64,000 nt of DNA from Candidatus Kaiserbacteria bacterium (GCA_016699245.1 CP064968.1:379331-443330); one strand, 5' to 3'; numbered from the stretch's first letter, positions 1-9,308 are shown. Notes: a model not told the origin generated them from the letters alone. Program-made: numbers and translations.

Positions 1-404
1 ATTCTAGTTCGTATCTCCCCTATCTTTTTTTCAGTAATAGCACCCGGCACTTCAAAAAATGCCTCATCGATTGAATACATTTCAATAGCACCACATTCTG
101 CTCTCAATGCACTCATCACTCGAGCAGAAATGTCTCGGTACAAATTGAAGTTTGATGAAAAAAGAGTAATCTTCTCTTTTTTGCATTGTTCCTTTATTTG
201 AAAAACTGGGACACCCATTGAAATGCCCATATCCTTTACTTCCTGCGAGCGCGCCACAATACAGCCGTCATTTGAAGACAGCACCGCCACCGGCTTCCCC
301 ACCAAATCCGGCCGAAAAAGCCGCTCACAAGAAACAAAAAAATTATTGCAATCCATCAACCCAAACATGCTACCCAGTATACCAAACCTCTATCACATCT
401 CATT

Positions 405-485
405 ATTGCCGACATCGTAAGTCGGCCAATCTAATCACAAGCGCGAGCAATATGTGCACATGGCCGACTTACGATGTCGGCAATA
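405..485. repeat. REP pair: two inverted copies of a REP hairpin (gccgac-N7-gtcggc, loop ttacgat/atcgtaa) upstream of the RAYT gene
   Basis: ttgccgacatcgtaagtcggcc at 408-427 and its reverse complement ggccgacttacgatgtcggcaa at 462-483; same unit recurs at 644, 1178, 1228, 8316 and 8349. Confidence 0.75.
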
Positions 486-504
486 TTTGATATTGTTAAT
501 TAAT

Positions 505-1170
505 ATGGATCTCTATCATGCTCTCAATAGAGGTGTCGATAAAAGGATTATTTTTCTTGATACTCAAGATTATGCGCGTTTTGTGCATGATATGTACGAG
601 TTCAATTCAACTCTCCCTGCAAATCACACTCGTTACAGCCAAATTGCCGACTTACGATGTCGGCAATTAGACGAAAGGCTTGTTCAGATTCATGGGTGGT
701 GTCTTATGCCTAATCACTATCACCTGCTCTTGAGTGAGTGCATAGAAGGTGGTATTTCACTATTTCTTCGAAAACTTAACGTGGGATACGCAAAATATTT
801 TAATGAACGATATAATCGTATCGGGACTTTATTCCAAGGCCGCACAAAAAAGATTTTAATTGACTCAGATGCTCATTTTCTTCATATTCTTAATTACATT
901 CATTTCAATCCACTCGACATGCAGGAAGGCACATCTGATTGGAGAATGAAAAAAATAGATAATGTCGATGCTGCAATAACGTATCTAAAATCATATCGCT
1001 GGAGTAGTTACCTCGACTACTGGGGTATTAAAAACTTCCCTTCGATTCTCACCACCTCATTATTCCAAGGTGTTTTCAATAATAACTACACGAGCCATGC
1101 AGAAAAATATCTTCGCAGTATATCCTTAGAAACAGATATTCAATCAATCAGACACCTTACATTTGAATAA
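505..1170 (+). CDS. REP-associated tyrosine transposase (RAYT; IS200/TnpA-like HUH enzyme)
   Basis: HUH motif LMPNHYHLLL. IS200-like C-terminal block NRIGTLFQGR...YIHFNP. Flanked on both sides by REP hairpin pairs. ATG at 505 chosen because the upstream part of the ORF is only the translation of a REP. Confidence 0.75.
   Translation: MDLYHALNRGVDKRIIFLDTQDYARFVHDMYEFNSTLPANHTRYSQIADLRCRQLDERLVQIHGWCLMPNHYHLLLSECIEGGISLFLRKLNVGYAKYFNERYNRIGTLFQGRTKKILIDSDAHFLHILNYIHFNPLDMQEGTSDWRMKKIDNVDAAITYLKSYRWSSYLDYWGIKNFPSILTTSLFQGVFNNNYTSHAEKYLRSISLETDIQSIRHLTFE
644..666. repeat. REP copy embedded in-frame inside the RAYT coding sequence
   Basis: ttgccgacttacgatgtcggcaa is translated as IADLRCRQ within the ORF. 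Same hairpin as the extragenic REPs. Confidence 0.6.
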
Positions 1171-1177
1171 AATTGTA

Positions 1178-1252
1178 TGGTCGACTTACGATGTCGACCA
1201 TACAAAAGCAATGAATAAATAGTAACTATGGTCGACATCGTAAGTCGACCAT
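1178..1252. repeat. REP pair (variant gtcgac-N7-gtcgac stems) downstream of RAYT
   Basis: tggtcgacttacgatgtcgacca at 1178-1200 and atggtcgacatcgtaagtcgaccat at 1228-1252 in inverted orientation. Confidence 0.7.
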
Positions 1253-1262
1253 GATGGAGTGA

Positions 1263-1721
1263 TTAAGAAATAAATTGGCGGACACTGCCTACTACTACGC
1301 CCCACACGAAGCAATCGTCGTGACCTTGGACAGTGATGGGCTGATAGGCTTCATTTTCTGAGATAAGTTCGTGCGTGTCGCCACGGGAGCGAAGGCGTTT
1401 TACCACCAGTTCCCCATACACCGCTGCCACCACAATAAGCCCATCCTTTGGGGTAATGGATCTATCTATCACAAGCACGTCACCCGAAAATATCCCCGCG
1501 CCTATCATTGAATCCCCTTCCACACGCACAAAAAAGGTCGATGCGGGGTGTCGCACGACTAAATCATTGATATCAAGCACCTTTTCAATCTGATCATCGC
1601 CCGGTGAAGGGAAGCCGGCCTGAGGACGGGAACTATACATAGAAAATTGCGCATCAGAAGATGCTACGCCACCGAGCACCTCTCCAGTGGCCTCGCGACT
1701 CTCGGATTTTTGATTTTGCAT
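1263..1721 (-). CDS. S24 family peptidase, UmuD/LexA C-terminal-domain-like (no HTH)
   Basis: VEGDSMIGAGIFSGDVLVIDRS...GELVVKRL matches the LexA/UmuD self-cleaving Ser-Lys dyad domain; no N-terminal DNA-binding domain. Confidence 0.6.
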   Translation of the reverse strand: MQNQKSESREATGEVLGGVASSDAQFSMYSSRPQAGFPSPGDDQIEKVLDINDLVVRHPASTFFVRVEGDSMIGAGIFSGDVLVIDRSITPKDGLIVVAAVYGELVVKRLRSRGDTHELISENEAYQPITVQGHDDCFVWGVVVGSVRQFIS

Positions 1722-2932
1722 TACACTATTGTAACACCCGTGAGGAGAGTATGTACTTCAAAGAGAAGTGCCATAACAGCAATAAGTCCGCTGGCATAGA
1801 CAATTTGGATTGGGTTTTGGCGACGCCACTCAATCACGATAGAAAGCATAAGTGCCAGAAACACAATGAGCGCAAGTGCGCCATACACCACCTGAAGCCA
1901 TTCACTGGGCTGGGTCATAAACTTTTCAAACAAAGAAGGGCTACTTGTATCAACTGAAGAAGGTGTATTGGGGTCGATGGTTGCCGGTACACCCTCACGT
2001 GAAGTAGTGGCAAGGTCGGTATACATCACCGTAGTACCATCATACGTGTATGAGGCAATCGTGGTGGAAGTACTCTCTTCCGCTTCAGTAATGGTGGTAG
2101 ATGCTTCAGGAGTAGTGTTTTCCATTACCAAAGTGCTCGATGCAGGGATTGCTGCCACCTCAATAGGCTGCGTTGCGGGCACCACCTTTATAGGAGGCGT
2201 GTTGGACGTTTCACCAAGAATATCAGTTTTAGGTGCTGGTGCTGGTGTCGGTGAAATGGCCTGTGCCACCACAGGCGGTGGAGCCACCACAGCGCTTGGC
2301 GTGCCAAAGAGTTGCACTACGAAAACTGTAGGCTCTCCCTCATAGGTACCTTTTGCAGTACCCACACCAATCTCATTGAAATTACCGTTCATAATATTGG
2401 CACGATGTGTCGGCGAATTCATCCATGCATCTACCACATCAGAAGAGTCAGTAAAATGCACTGCAAGATTTTCTCCCGCATGAATGAAATTGTATGACAC
2501 TTTATCAAACCAAAACCAAGGAGAGACTCCTGTGGGACTATAGTGTGCAAAATACCCATTCTTTGCCATGTCCTGCGCTTTGAGTTCTGCAGCGGCATCC
2601 AGTACATCACTGCGTGAAAGTCGTGAAAGAGAGTCTCCGCCACGTTCTTCATTAGTCAGATCAACTATCACTGCAGGAAGAATAGTAGAGACCATCCAGT
2701 CAGAACCAATCCAGACGAGCGCCTGAATATTTGCAATCGCAAACGAAAGAAGCACGAGCACAAGCATGATGCCCATCGATGCACGCTCAAGAAAGTCTGG
2801 CTTAAAATCATTTTTCTCATGCGGAATGAAATAATTTTTGAGATAGTCTTTTAACATTAATTTTATTATTTGCTCTTCACAGGTAAATATAACAAATTCC
2901 CTTCTCGAGCGTATATACTGTATTATAAGCAA
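1721..2932 (-). CDS. CAP (SCP/PR-1) domain-containing membrane protein with Thr/Pro-rich linker
   Basis: GYFAHYSPTG...HAGENLA...VDAWMNSPTHRANIM..NFNEIGVG is the CAP domain signature. N- and C-terminal hydrophobic segments present; start codon uncertain. Confidence 0.55.
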   Translation of the reverse strand: MLIIQYIRSRREFVIFTCEEQIIKLMLKDYLKNYFIPHEKNDFKPDFLERASMGIMLVLVLLSFAIANIQALVWIGSDWMVSTILPAVIVDLTNEERGGDSLSRLSRSDVLDAAAELKAQDMAKNGYFAHYSPTGVSPWFWFDKVSYNFIHAGENLAVHFTDSSDVVDAWMNSPTHRANIMNGNFNEIGVGTAKGTYEGEPTVFVVQLFGTPSAVVAPPPVVAQAISPTPAPAPKTDILGETSNTPPIKVVPATQPIEVAAIPASSTLVMENTTPEASTTITEAEESTSTTIASYTYDGTTVMYTDLATTSREGVPATIDPNTPSSVDTSSPSLFEKFMTQPSEWLQVVYGALALIVFLALMLSIVIEWRRQNPIQIVYASGLIAVMALLFEVHTLLTGVTIV

Positions 2933-2993
2933 ACCTTTTCGGGAGTGCTTTTGTATTAGCAGTGTTTTTTAGTTTTAACATAATAATTTTCTC

Positions 2994-3407
2994 ATGATGA
3001 AATATATTTATACAGCAATGATTACGCTTCTCCTTGTGGGAGCAGTCGTAGTACCCGGTGCGCAGGCAGCCACCACGTCAAACGAAGCGATGCTTGAACA
3101 AATCAAGGTACTCATGGCAAAGGTAGAGGAATTGCAAAAACAACTCTCTACTATCCGTGGCGAAGTAAAAAGTCTTATAAAAGATGGCCTCGAAGAGGGA
3201 ATGACTGACACAGACATCACAAAACTCCAAGAACTCCTTGCAACAGATCCAACAATTTACCCAGAGGGAAGGAAGACTGGCTATTTTGGCCCACTCACAA
3301 AGGAGGCTGTAATGCGTTTCCAAACACGTCATGGCCTTGAGGTCACTGGAAAAGTGAACGGTGAGACACGCGATATGCTTGAAGAGTATCTCCGTGAGGG
3401 GATTTAA
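2994..3407 (+). CDS. secreted coiled-coil protein with C-terminal peptidoglycan-binding domain (PG_binding_1-like)
   Basis: Signal peptide MMKYIYTAMITLLLVGAVVVPGAQA; TGYFGPLTKEAVMRFQTRHGLEVTGKVNGETRDML resembles a PG-binding repeat. Confidence 0.55.
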   Translation: MMKYIYTAMITLLLVGAVVVPGAQAATTSNEAMLEQIKVLMAKVEELQKQLSTIRGEVKSLIKDGLEEGMTDTDITKLQELLATDPTIYPEGRKTGYFGPLTKEAVMRFQTRHGLEVTGKVNGETRDMLEEYLREGI

Positions 3408-3510
3408 TGGCAAAGTACCAGAGGGACTTCTTAAGGCTCCCGGTATTGCAAAAAAGGTAGAAGATCGCTTCAATCTCCGTTGCGACAAGCACGAGGGAAG
3501 CGGTAAGGGA

Positions 3511-4101
3511 ATGGGTCCACTTTGCAAAAAGTGGAAGATGGAACACGGAGATGATGATCGTGATGACGATGTAGAGGACGAGGACGAAATGGATGATGAA
3601 GATGAAGACGAAATGGATGATGAAGATGAAGATGGTGAAGAATTTGATGTTGAAGTTGAAATAGAAGACGGTGAAACTACTGTAGAATTCACATTTGATG
3701 GTGAAGACTACGAGGTAACCGTAGATTCTACTGAACTTGATGAGGTTCTCGATACTGTCGCAGACGTTATTGACGATGGTGATGACGCAAGCGACCTCGA
3801 CGATGACCTTTCTGATGCTATTGAAGCAGAACTTGAAGATGCAGAAGACGACAGCGCAGAGAGTGACGCAGAAAAGGCTATCGAAGATGCGGGTGACGCG
3901 ATAGACGACGCTCGTGAAGCATCCGATGATGCAGACAACGAAGAAGCGGGAGACAAGGTAGATGACGCTGAAGATGTGCTTGAAGAAGCACTTGCTGCAC
4001 TTGAAGATGAAGACTATGAGGAAGCAAAGGACCTCGCAGAAGAAGCAGAAGAACTTGCTGATGATGCAATGGACATCCTTGACGATGAAGAGACTCTATA
4101 A
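3511..4101 (+). CDS. extremely acidic (Asp/Glu-rich) protein; start uncertain, may be fused to the upstream PG-binding gene by a frameshift
   Basis: Long D/E runs (DDDRDDDVEDEDEMDDEDEDEMDDEDEDGEE...). ORF frame opens at 3361 overlapping the upstream gene without an obvious RBS. Followed by a strong terminator. Confidence 0.45.
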   Translation: MGPLCKKWKMEHGDDDRDDDVEDEDEMDDEDEDEMDDEDEDGEEFDVEVEIEDGETTVEFTFDGEDYEVTVDSTELDEVLDTVADVIDDGDDASDLDDDLSDAIEAELEDAEDDSAESDAEKAIEDAGDAIDDAREASDDADNEEAGDKVDDAEDVLEEALAALEDEDYEEAKDLAEEAEELADDAMDILDDEETL

Positions 4102-4121
4102 TTTATTAACAGCGAGACACG

Positions 4122-4146
4122 AAAAAACCGCGAAGGCGGTTTTTTC
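4122..4146 (+). terminator. rho-independent terminator
   Basis: aaaaaaccgcgaaggcggttttttcgtg: GC stem plus T-run. Confidence 0.8.
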
Positions 4147-4182
4147 GTGTCAGTCATGTATAATACTTCTATAATCCTTTTC

Positions 4183-4694
4183 ATCATGACTCACACTATT
4201 TCATTCGTACGTATTGGTTTTTTAGGAGCACTTCTTGCACTCATCTTTATAGCAACGCCTATTCACGCATACTTCACCACTGCACAAAGCGCAGAAGCAC
4301 TGACTGGAGGTGTGCTTTTTACCATCGATTACTCTTTTGGCATGGCAAAGCATGATGTCTACCTTCCGTTCTTTGCACAAAATCAAAGTTTTGCGCCAAG
4401 TACGAGTACCGTTTCATACACCATCCTCGATGAAAATGATAAGGAAGTGAAAGGAAAGTTCTCTGCAATAGTTTTGAGCAATGCAACTCTCGGTACTAAT
4501 GGTATGTATAAAGTAAAGAAAGGTGGTGCGAAAAATTTACACTTGCAGTAGTATTTGTTCCAGAAACGGTGAATCCTGAAAAAACCTATCGTCTTCAAGT
4601 CACCAATCTCCCATTTAACTTCAACAACACACAGCAACTTCAACTCAATCCTTCAGAACTCAAGTACTACACGACAAAATCTATTGCGCTTTAA
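4183..4694 (+). pseudogene. secreted hypothetical protein, reading frame broken at an A5 run (4531-4535); continues in the -1 frame to 4694
   Basis: Frame 1 ends ...KKGGAKNLHLQ* at 4551, but frame 0 reads on without Met as ...FTLAVVFVPETVNPEKTYRLQVTNLPFNFNNTQQLQLNPSELKYYTTKSIAL* and ends just before a terminator. Confidence 0.45.
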
Positions 4695-4709
4695 AAGTAC
4701 GGTGGGAAT

Positions 4710-4748
4710 CCCCTGCAAAACCTTCGGTTTTGCAGGGGATTTATATTT
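4710..4748 (+). terminator. rho-independent terminator
   Basis: cccctgcaaaaccttcggttttgcagggg followed by atttatattt. Confidence 0.8.
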
Positions 4749-4773
4749 ACTATTCTCTATTCTCTTTTTTCTA

Positions 4774-6037
4774 TTATCTATTATCTATTATTTTGCACAC
4801 GCTATTCCCTGCCACAAATCCTGTTGTCCAACAAAGTTGGAGTGAGAATCCCCCTGAAGGGCGTGATACATCGAGCATATCGCCAACCAGGTACACGCTC
4901 GGATGCTTTTTAGATTGCATCGTACGTGTGTCTATCTCGCGCAAATCAACGCCACCATCAGAAACAATCGCCCAATCAAGTCCTTTAGTACCCGTGATGG
5001 TAAGCGGCATAGCCTTCATGCGCTCTATAAGCGCGTGACGCACCTCCCGGGTGACGCTGTGAGACTTTTGTACCTTTTGCTCTTCTGGAAACATCTCAAG
5101 CACTGCCTCAACAATTGCTTTTGACATCAGTTCGCTAAGTGCGTTTTCCAAAGTTTTATTAGAATGAGCTTGAAGAAGCGTAGTAACGCGTGTACGCAAT
5201 GCACCCACATCTTCATGTGGAAAAAGATCGATAGTTGCCATCACAGGACCAGTCGCAAGAAGCACCTTCACTTCCCGCGCAGTATTCAAAATAAGAGGTC
5301 CCGAAACACCAAAGTGCGTACAGAGTATGTTGCCTTCACGACGCACTTTTCTTGTACCAGAACGAAAAGTAATGGAGACATCGGTAAGTGTCGTGCCCGA
5401 AAGTTCCTTTATCCACGTTTCCTTCGCTACAAGTGGTACGAGATCTGGATTAGGTACTGCCACCGTGTGTCCGAGAGTCTCGAGCCACGGCATAGCATCG
5501 CCCGTAGAACCCGTCTCGGGACGTGAGGTGCCACCACTTGCAATAATGTATGACTGTGCAGAAAGTATGCCATTATCGGTAAGTACACCCACGACAACAC
5601 CCTCACGCATGTGTATTGAGCGCACAGGAGTCTCTGTGCGTATCTCTACACCCACTTCACGTACATACGCTTCCATCACTCGTGTCACATCACTCGCTTT
5701 CTCCGTATGAGGGAATGCGCGCTTTCTGTCTTCCACAATAAAGGGCAATCCACGTTTCAGGAAAAAGTCCACAGTATCCTGTGCTCCAAATTGTGAAAAT
5801 GGTGAAAAGAGGAAGGGTGCCGCATCGCCGTAGTGCGTGAGGAGCGTGCGAATATCAAACTCTACATTAGCAATATTGCAGCGACCACCGCCCGTGATTG
5901 AGAGTTTATTGCCCACCGTCGCATTCTTTCTAAAAGAAGCACACGAAAACCACGTGATGCAGCTTTCCCTGCCGCCATCATACCCGCAGGCCCTGCGCCC
6001 ACCACAATCACGTCCCATGTGTCATTGTTTGACATAA
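4774..6037 (-). pseudogene. NAD(P)/FAD-dependent oxidoreductase of the HI0933/YhiN (aminoacetone oxidase-like) family, frameshifted near 5934-5937
   Basis: N-terminus MSNNDTWDVIVVGAGPAGMMAAGKAASRGFRVLLLE from ATG at 6037 is in one frame. The rest (KNATVGNKLSITGGGRCNIAN...) is in another. A single missing A in ttagaaaga versus expected ttagaaaaga would restore VLLLEKNATVG. Confidence 0.7.
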
Positions 6038-6067
6038 CGGCGAAATAATAGCATAATCAACGTTCAA

Positions 6068-6790
6068 ATGAAAGAGAACGAGTTTCCAATGCGCCTTAAC
6101 AAGTTTTTGGCCGTCAAAGGGTTTGCCACACGCCGTGGCGCCGATACGCTTATTGAAAAGAAGCAGGTTTTTGTGAATGGTAAAATGGCTGTGCTAGGCC
6201 AGAAAGTTGCAGAGACCGACCGTGTGGAAATAAAGAACCACAAGCCGGTAGAGCACCGCTACGTACTCTACTACAAACCACGTGGAATTATTACCCACTC
6301 TCCAGCTCAAGGTGAAACTGATATTGCCTCAGACATTCTCACGCGTCACGGACTTACCGGACTCTTCCCTGTTGGCCGCCTCGACAAAGATTCCGAGGGG
6401 CTCATGGTACTCACTGACGACGGACGCATTACTGAACGCATACTCAATCCCGAAAAGAACCACGAGCGTGAATATGAGATAACAGTTGATAAACGTGTGA
6501 CACAGACATTTCTCAATGGTATGAGTAAGGGCGTGCGTATTGAAGGCTATATGACAAAACCGGCGCGCGCAGAGCGCGCGCCCCACTCTGAATACGTGTT
6601 CACCATCACCCTCACCGAAGGAAAGAAGCACCAGGTACGGCGCATGTGTGCAGCGCTTGGATACCAAGTCACTCAGTTAAAACGCACACGTATGCTTCAC
6701 TTTACTCTCAAGGCGCTCAAGCCTGGTGCAGTGTATGCTCTCAGAGCAAAAGAGATTCATTTCCTAAATGAATCTCTTGGCCTTCACTAG
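6068..6790 (+). CDS. rRNA pseudouridine synthase (RsuA/RluB family, S4 domain plus catalytic domain)
   Basis: S4-like N-terminus MRLNKFLAVKGFATRRGADTLIEKKQVFVNG; catalytic motif GRLDKDSEGLMVLTDDG; possible alternative start at 6089. Confidence 0.8.
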   Translation: MKENEFPMRLNKFLAVKGFATRRGADTLIEKKQVFVNGKMAVLGQKVAETDRVEIKNHKPVEHRYVLYYKPRGIITHSPAQGETDIASDILTRHGLTGLFPVGRLDKDSEGLMVLTDDGRITERILNPEKNHEREYEITVDKRVTQTFLNGMSKGVRIEGYMTKPARAERAPHSEYVFTITLTEGKKHQVRRMCAALGYQVTQLKRTRMLHFTLKALKPGAVYALRAKEIHFLNESLGLH

Positions 6791-7323
6791 GCTTCCTTTT
6801 TTGTAGTTTTCTTTGTGCGCGCTGACTTTACCACAAGTGCTTTTTCTGGCTCAAGACACATTTCGTGCTGATAGTCGTCACTGACATGTTTTATGGTGCC
6901 ATAAAAATAGAGATATGTGATGAGATTGGCAAGTGCAAAGCCTGCAAAGAGCATGTTTGCCTCAATCGAGTATTTTGTAGAATTAAAGACTATCTCGATA
7001 GTGGGCGCGATAATCGCAATTTCGATGAGGTATTTAAGGCTCACATGGCGCTTTTGCGCATAAGAGACAAGAATTTTGTATGCCTTCACGAGCACGATAG
7101 TAAATGCAATAGTATGGAGCAAATCAAGCTCGAGGAGGTTGCGCTCAGGTGCCGAAAGGATAGTGTGTATTGAGCCAGAGATATCCATGAAGCCAGCCAC
7201 CACCGTCATAATCCCTGTCACGAGCGAGGTAATCATATAAAAGACAAGCGTGAGTGCTACAAAGTATACATATCCTGAGACGATAAAATTCATCACCTCC
7301 GCAACAAGACTTTCACGTTTCAT
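6787..7323 (-). CDS. multi-pass membrane protein (PsiE-like?), function unknown
   Basis: Four or more hydrophobic helices; no recognisable catalytic motif. Confidence 0.4.
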   Translation of the reverse strand: MKRESLVAEVMNFIVSGYVYFVALTLVFYMITSLVTGIMTVVAGFMDISGSIHTILSAPERNLLELDLLHTIAFTIVLVKAYKILVSYAQKRHVSLKYLIEIAIIAPTIEIVFNSTKYSIEANMLFAGFALANLITYLYFYGTIKHVSDDYQHEMCLEPEKALVVKSARTKKTTKKEA

Positions 7324-7380
7324 AGTAACTCTATTTAAACACATGAGTGCATAAAAAAGTGCGACTTGTACACAATATAT

Positions 7381-7412
7381 AAAAACCGCGTGCCTATGGC
7401 ACGCGGTTTTAA
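7381..7412. terminator. bidirectional rho-independent terminator
   Basis: aaaaaccgcgtgcctatggcacgcggtttt with A-run before and T-run after; sits between two converging/tandem minus-strand genes. Confidence 0.75.
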
Positions 7413-7423
7413 TATTTGGTTGC

Positions 7424-7627
7424 TTATGCGAGCTTTACGTTCACAGCAGCAGGTCCCTTGTCTCCATCCTCAACATCGTATGAGACGGTATCACCCTCCT
7501 TAAGAGAGTCATACTGAAGTCCATCTACGAGTGATCGAGCGTGGAAGAAAAGATCCTTATCACCTCCCTCATCAGGAGTAATGAAACCAAATCCTCGGTC
7601 AGTAAGACGAGCGATTTTTCCCTTCAT
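7424..7627 (-). CDS. cold-shock protein (CspA family)
   Basis: MKGKIARLTDRGFGFITPDEGGDKDLFFHARSL...GDTVSYDVEDGDKGPAAVNVKLA: RNP1/RNP2 motifs of CSD. Confidence 0.9.
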   Translation of the reverse strand: MKGKIARLTDRGFGFITPDEGGDKDLFFHARSLVDGLQYDSLKEGDTVSYDVEDGDKGPAAVNVKLA

Positions 7628-7871
7628 TTGATTGAAATACTTCTTATCTTTTTAATCAAAACCGTTGTGCTACTGATCCGACTACCTCAGGCCTGTGTTT
7701 TGTTAATAACAATGCTACCATGTATCCAACTATTGTCTATAGCCCATAGTTTATCTATGTCTTGACAACTACTAAAAAGAGTGTACTATTTTAATTAATT
7801 AGTTGTCTTTTATGGCTCATTTTGGCGCCATTCGTACTTTTGAAGGTTTTTAGAGACAGTACTCAATACCT

Positions 7872-8258
7872 ATGTTTTCACATATCCACAGCCCTATTAT
7901 TCTTGTCGTGCTTTTCGTGGTTTTACTGTTTCCTGTACAAAGTGCCTCAGCCGAGGAGACATTCACCATGGGTACTTTTTACCAGACTGCGTCATTTAGA
8001 TGGAACAATGACAACTGGCTTCTCTACTCACAGCCTCGAGTACACACCTTCACCATGCGCGATGATGGCAGTGCATTTGGTCTAACGGAAACAGGTATTC
8101 CTTTTGTGCAATATAATATCGAAAACACTCTCGGCATGCGCATTCAACGCTTTGAAATAGAGGACCACTATCACTACGTCATTGGAGGTGAAGTGGTATA
8201 CACCATCAAAGACTTTTCTGCAGAACTCGCTCAAGCCTACGAAGCCCGTCCTGTTTAG
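7872..8258 (+). CDS. secreted hypothetical protein
   Basis: Signal peptide IILVVLFVVLLFPVQSASA; no known domain recognised. Confidence 0.45.
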   Translation: MFSHIHSPIILVVLFVVLLFPVQSASAEETFTMGTFYQTASFRWNNDNWLLYSQPRVHTFTMRDDGSAFGLTETGIPFVQYNIENTLGMRIQRFEIEDHYHYVIGGEVVYTIKDFSAELAQAYEARPV

Positions 8259-8310
8259 AAAAACAGCCGTCCCCCTACAAGGCTAGCTGTTTTCAGTCAT
8301 TCCCTAATTC

Positions 8311-8372
8311 ATTATTGCCGACATCGTAAGTCGGCAATAAATATAAACGGCCGACTTACGATGTCGGCCGTT
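8311..8372. repeat. REP pair, same family as those flanking the RAYT gene
   Basis: cattattgccgacatcgtaagtcggcaa at 8311-8338 (identical to 401-427, flank included) and ggccgacttacgatgtcggccg at 8349-8370. Confidence 0.75.
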
Positions 8373-8380
8373 TATTATTT

Positions 8381-8926
8381 TTATTGTGCTGATTCCATGA
8401 GGTAGGCGAGCATGGTGTCTGCATCACTTACTGCAAATGGGTCTGATCCGAAGTTATCTGACTTCCCTTCCTCGCTGAAGACTTTCTTAATCTCGCCATT
8501 ATCAACAAACATACTGTATCTCCATGAGCGGTTACCAAAGCCAAGATCTTCCTTTTTTACCAACATCCCCATCTTTTCGGTAAACTCAGTATTCCCATCA
8601 GGAATAAACTGTACGTTCTTTACCCCCTGTGCGCGACCCCACTCGTACATGACAAATGGATCATTCACGCTGAGGCAATACACCGCATCGACGCCGAGTG
8701 CCTTAAGTTCTTCAAACTTCGCTTCGTATCCAGGAAGGTGTGTTGACGAGCAGGTAGGTGTGTATGCGCCAGGAAGCGCGAAAACAATCACTTTCTTTCC
8801 CATAAAAATCTCATCGGTACTGAGTGTTCCCCATTCTGCATCAATAGCAGAACAAACGCCGGTCGCTACTTCATGCGGTACGCGAATCTTAAAGGTTACC
8901 TGTGGTACCTGTGTTGGTGTTTCCAT
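8381..8926 (-). CDS. peroxiredoxin (Prx5-like redoxin)
   Basis: KKVIVFALPGAYTPTCSSTHLPGYEAKFEELKALGVD: PGAxTPxC peroxidatic cysteine motif. Confidence 0.85.
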   Translation of the reverse strand: METPTQVPQVTFKIRVPHEVATGVCSAIDAEWGTLSTDEIFMGKKVIVFALPGAYTPTCSSTHLPGYEAKFEELKALGVDAVYCLSVNDPFVMYEWGRAQGVKNVQFIPDGNTEFTEKMGMLVKKEDLGFGNRSWRYSMFVDNGEIKKVFSEEGKSDNFGSDPFAVSDADTMLAYLMESAQ

Positions 8927-8990
8927 AATAATATATATTAACTAAAAATAGTGAACACACAGTATACTCCACTTTTTTTATGTATGAAAA

Positions 8991-9297
8991 TTATTGTATG
9001 GTATGGCTGTATAGTTTCTCCGTAATGAGTGCTACACATCGCTTTGGATCTTCGTGGAAAAAGTCCACAAGGTCGGGTTCATCTTTAAAGAGTTTCTGGA
9101 GACATCTCCATACGCTTGAGTCCACACACCTCCGCCTTGTTCAAATCTTCATTGAATTCTTTTGGATACTTTGCGAGATATCTCTTGATAAGTAACAATT
9201 GAATTGTATTTGACTCTTCAAGAGTAAGGTGCGGATATTCACCCATAGACCCTGGAATTGTTTTCGCTTCTGGTACTCCTTCAGGTGAATGTTTCAT
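8991..9297 (-). pseudogene. hypothetical protein with apparent homopolymer frameshift near 9083-9090 (cttt/aaa run)
   Basis: ORF ...LKRMEMSPETL* stops at 9085. The next frame reads on as KDEPDLVDFFHEDPKRCVALITEKLYSHTIQ* to 8991. Removing one T from cttt would fuse them. Confidence 0.35.
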
Positions 9298-9308
9298 ATA
9301 GTATTATT

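Noticed and set aside
3078-4069. Minus-strand Ser-rich ORFs 3078-3692, 3708-3956, 3878-4069
   Set aside because: Antisense of the GAx/GAT-rich acidic-protein coding region, giving low-complexity poly-Ser artefacts.
5837-6037. Plus-strand ORF 5837-6037 (66 aa)
   Set aside because: Antisense to the N-terminus of the FAD-dependent oxidoreductase, whose GAGPAGMMAA Rossmann motif reads on the minus strand from ATG at 6037.
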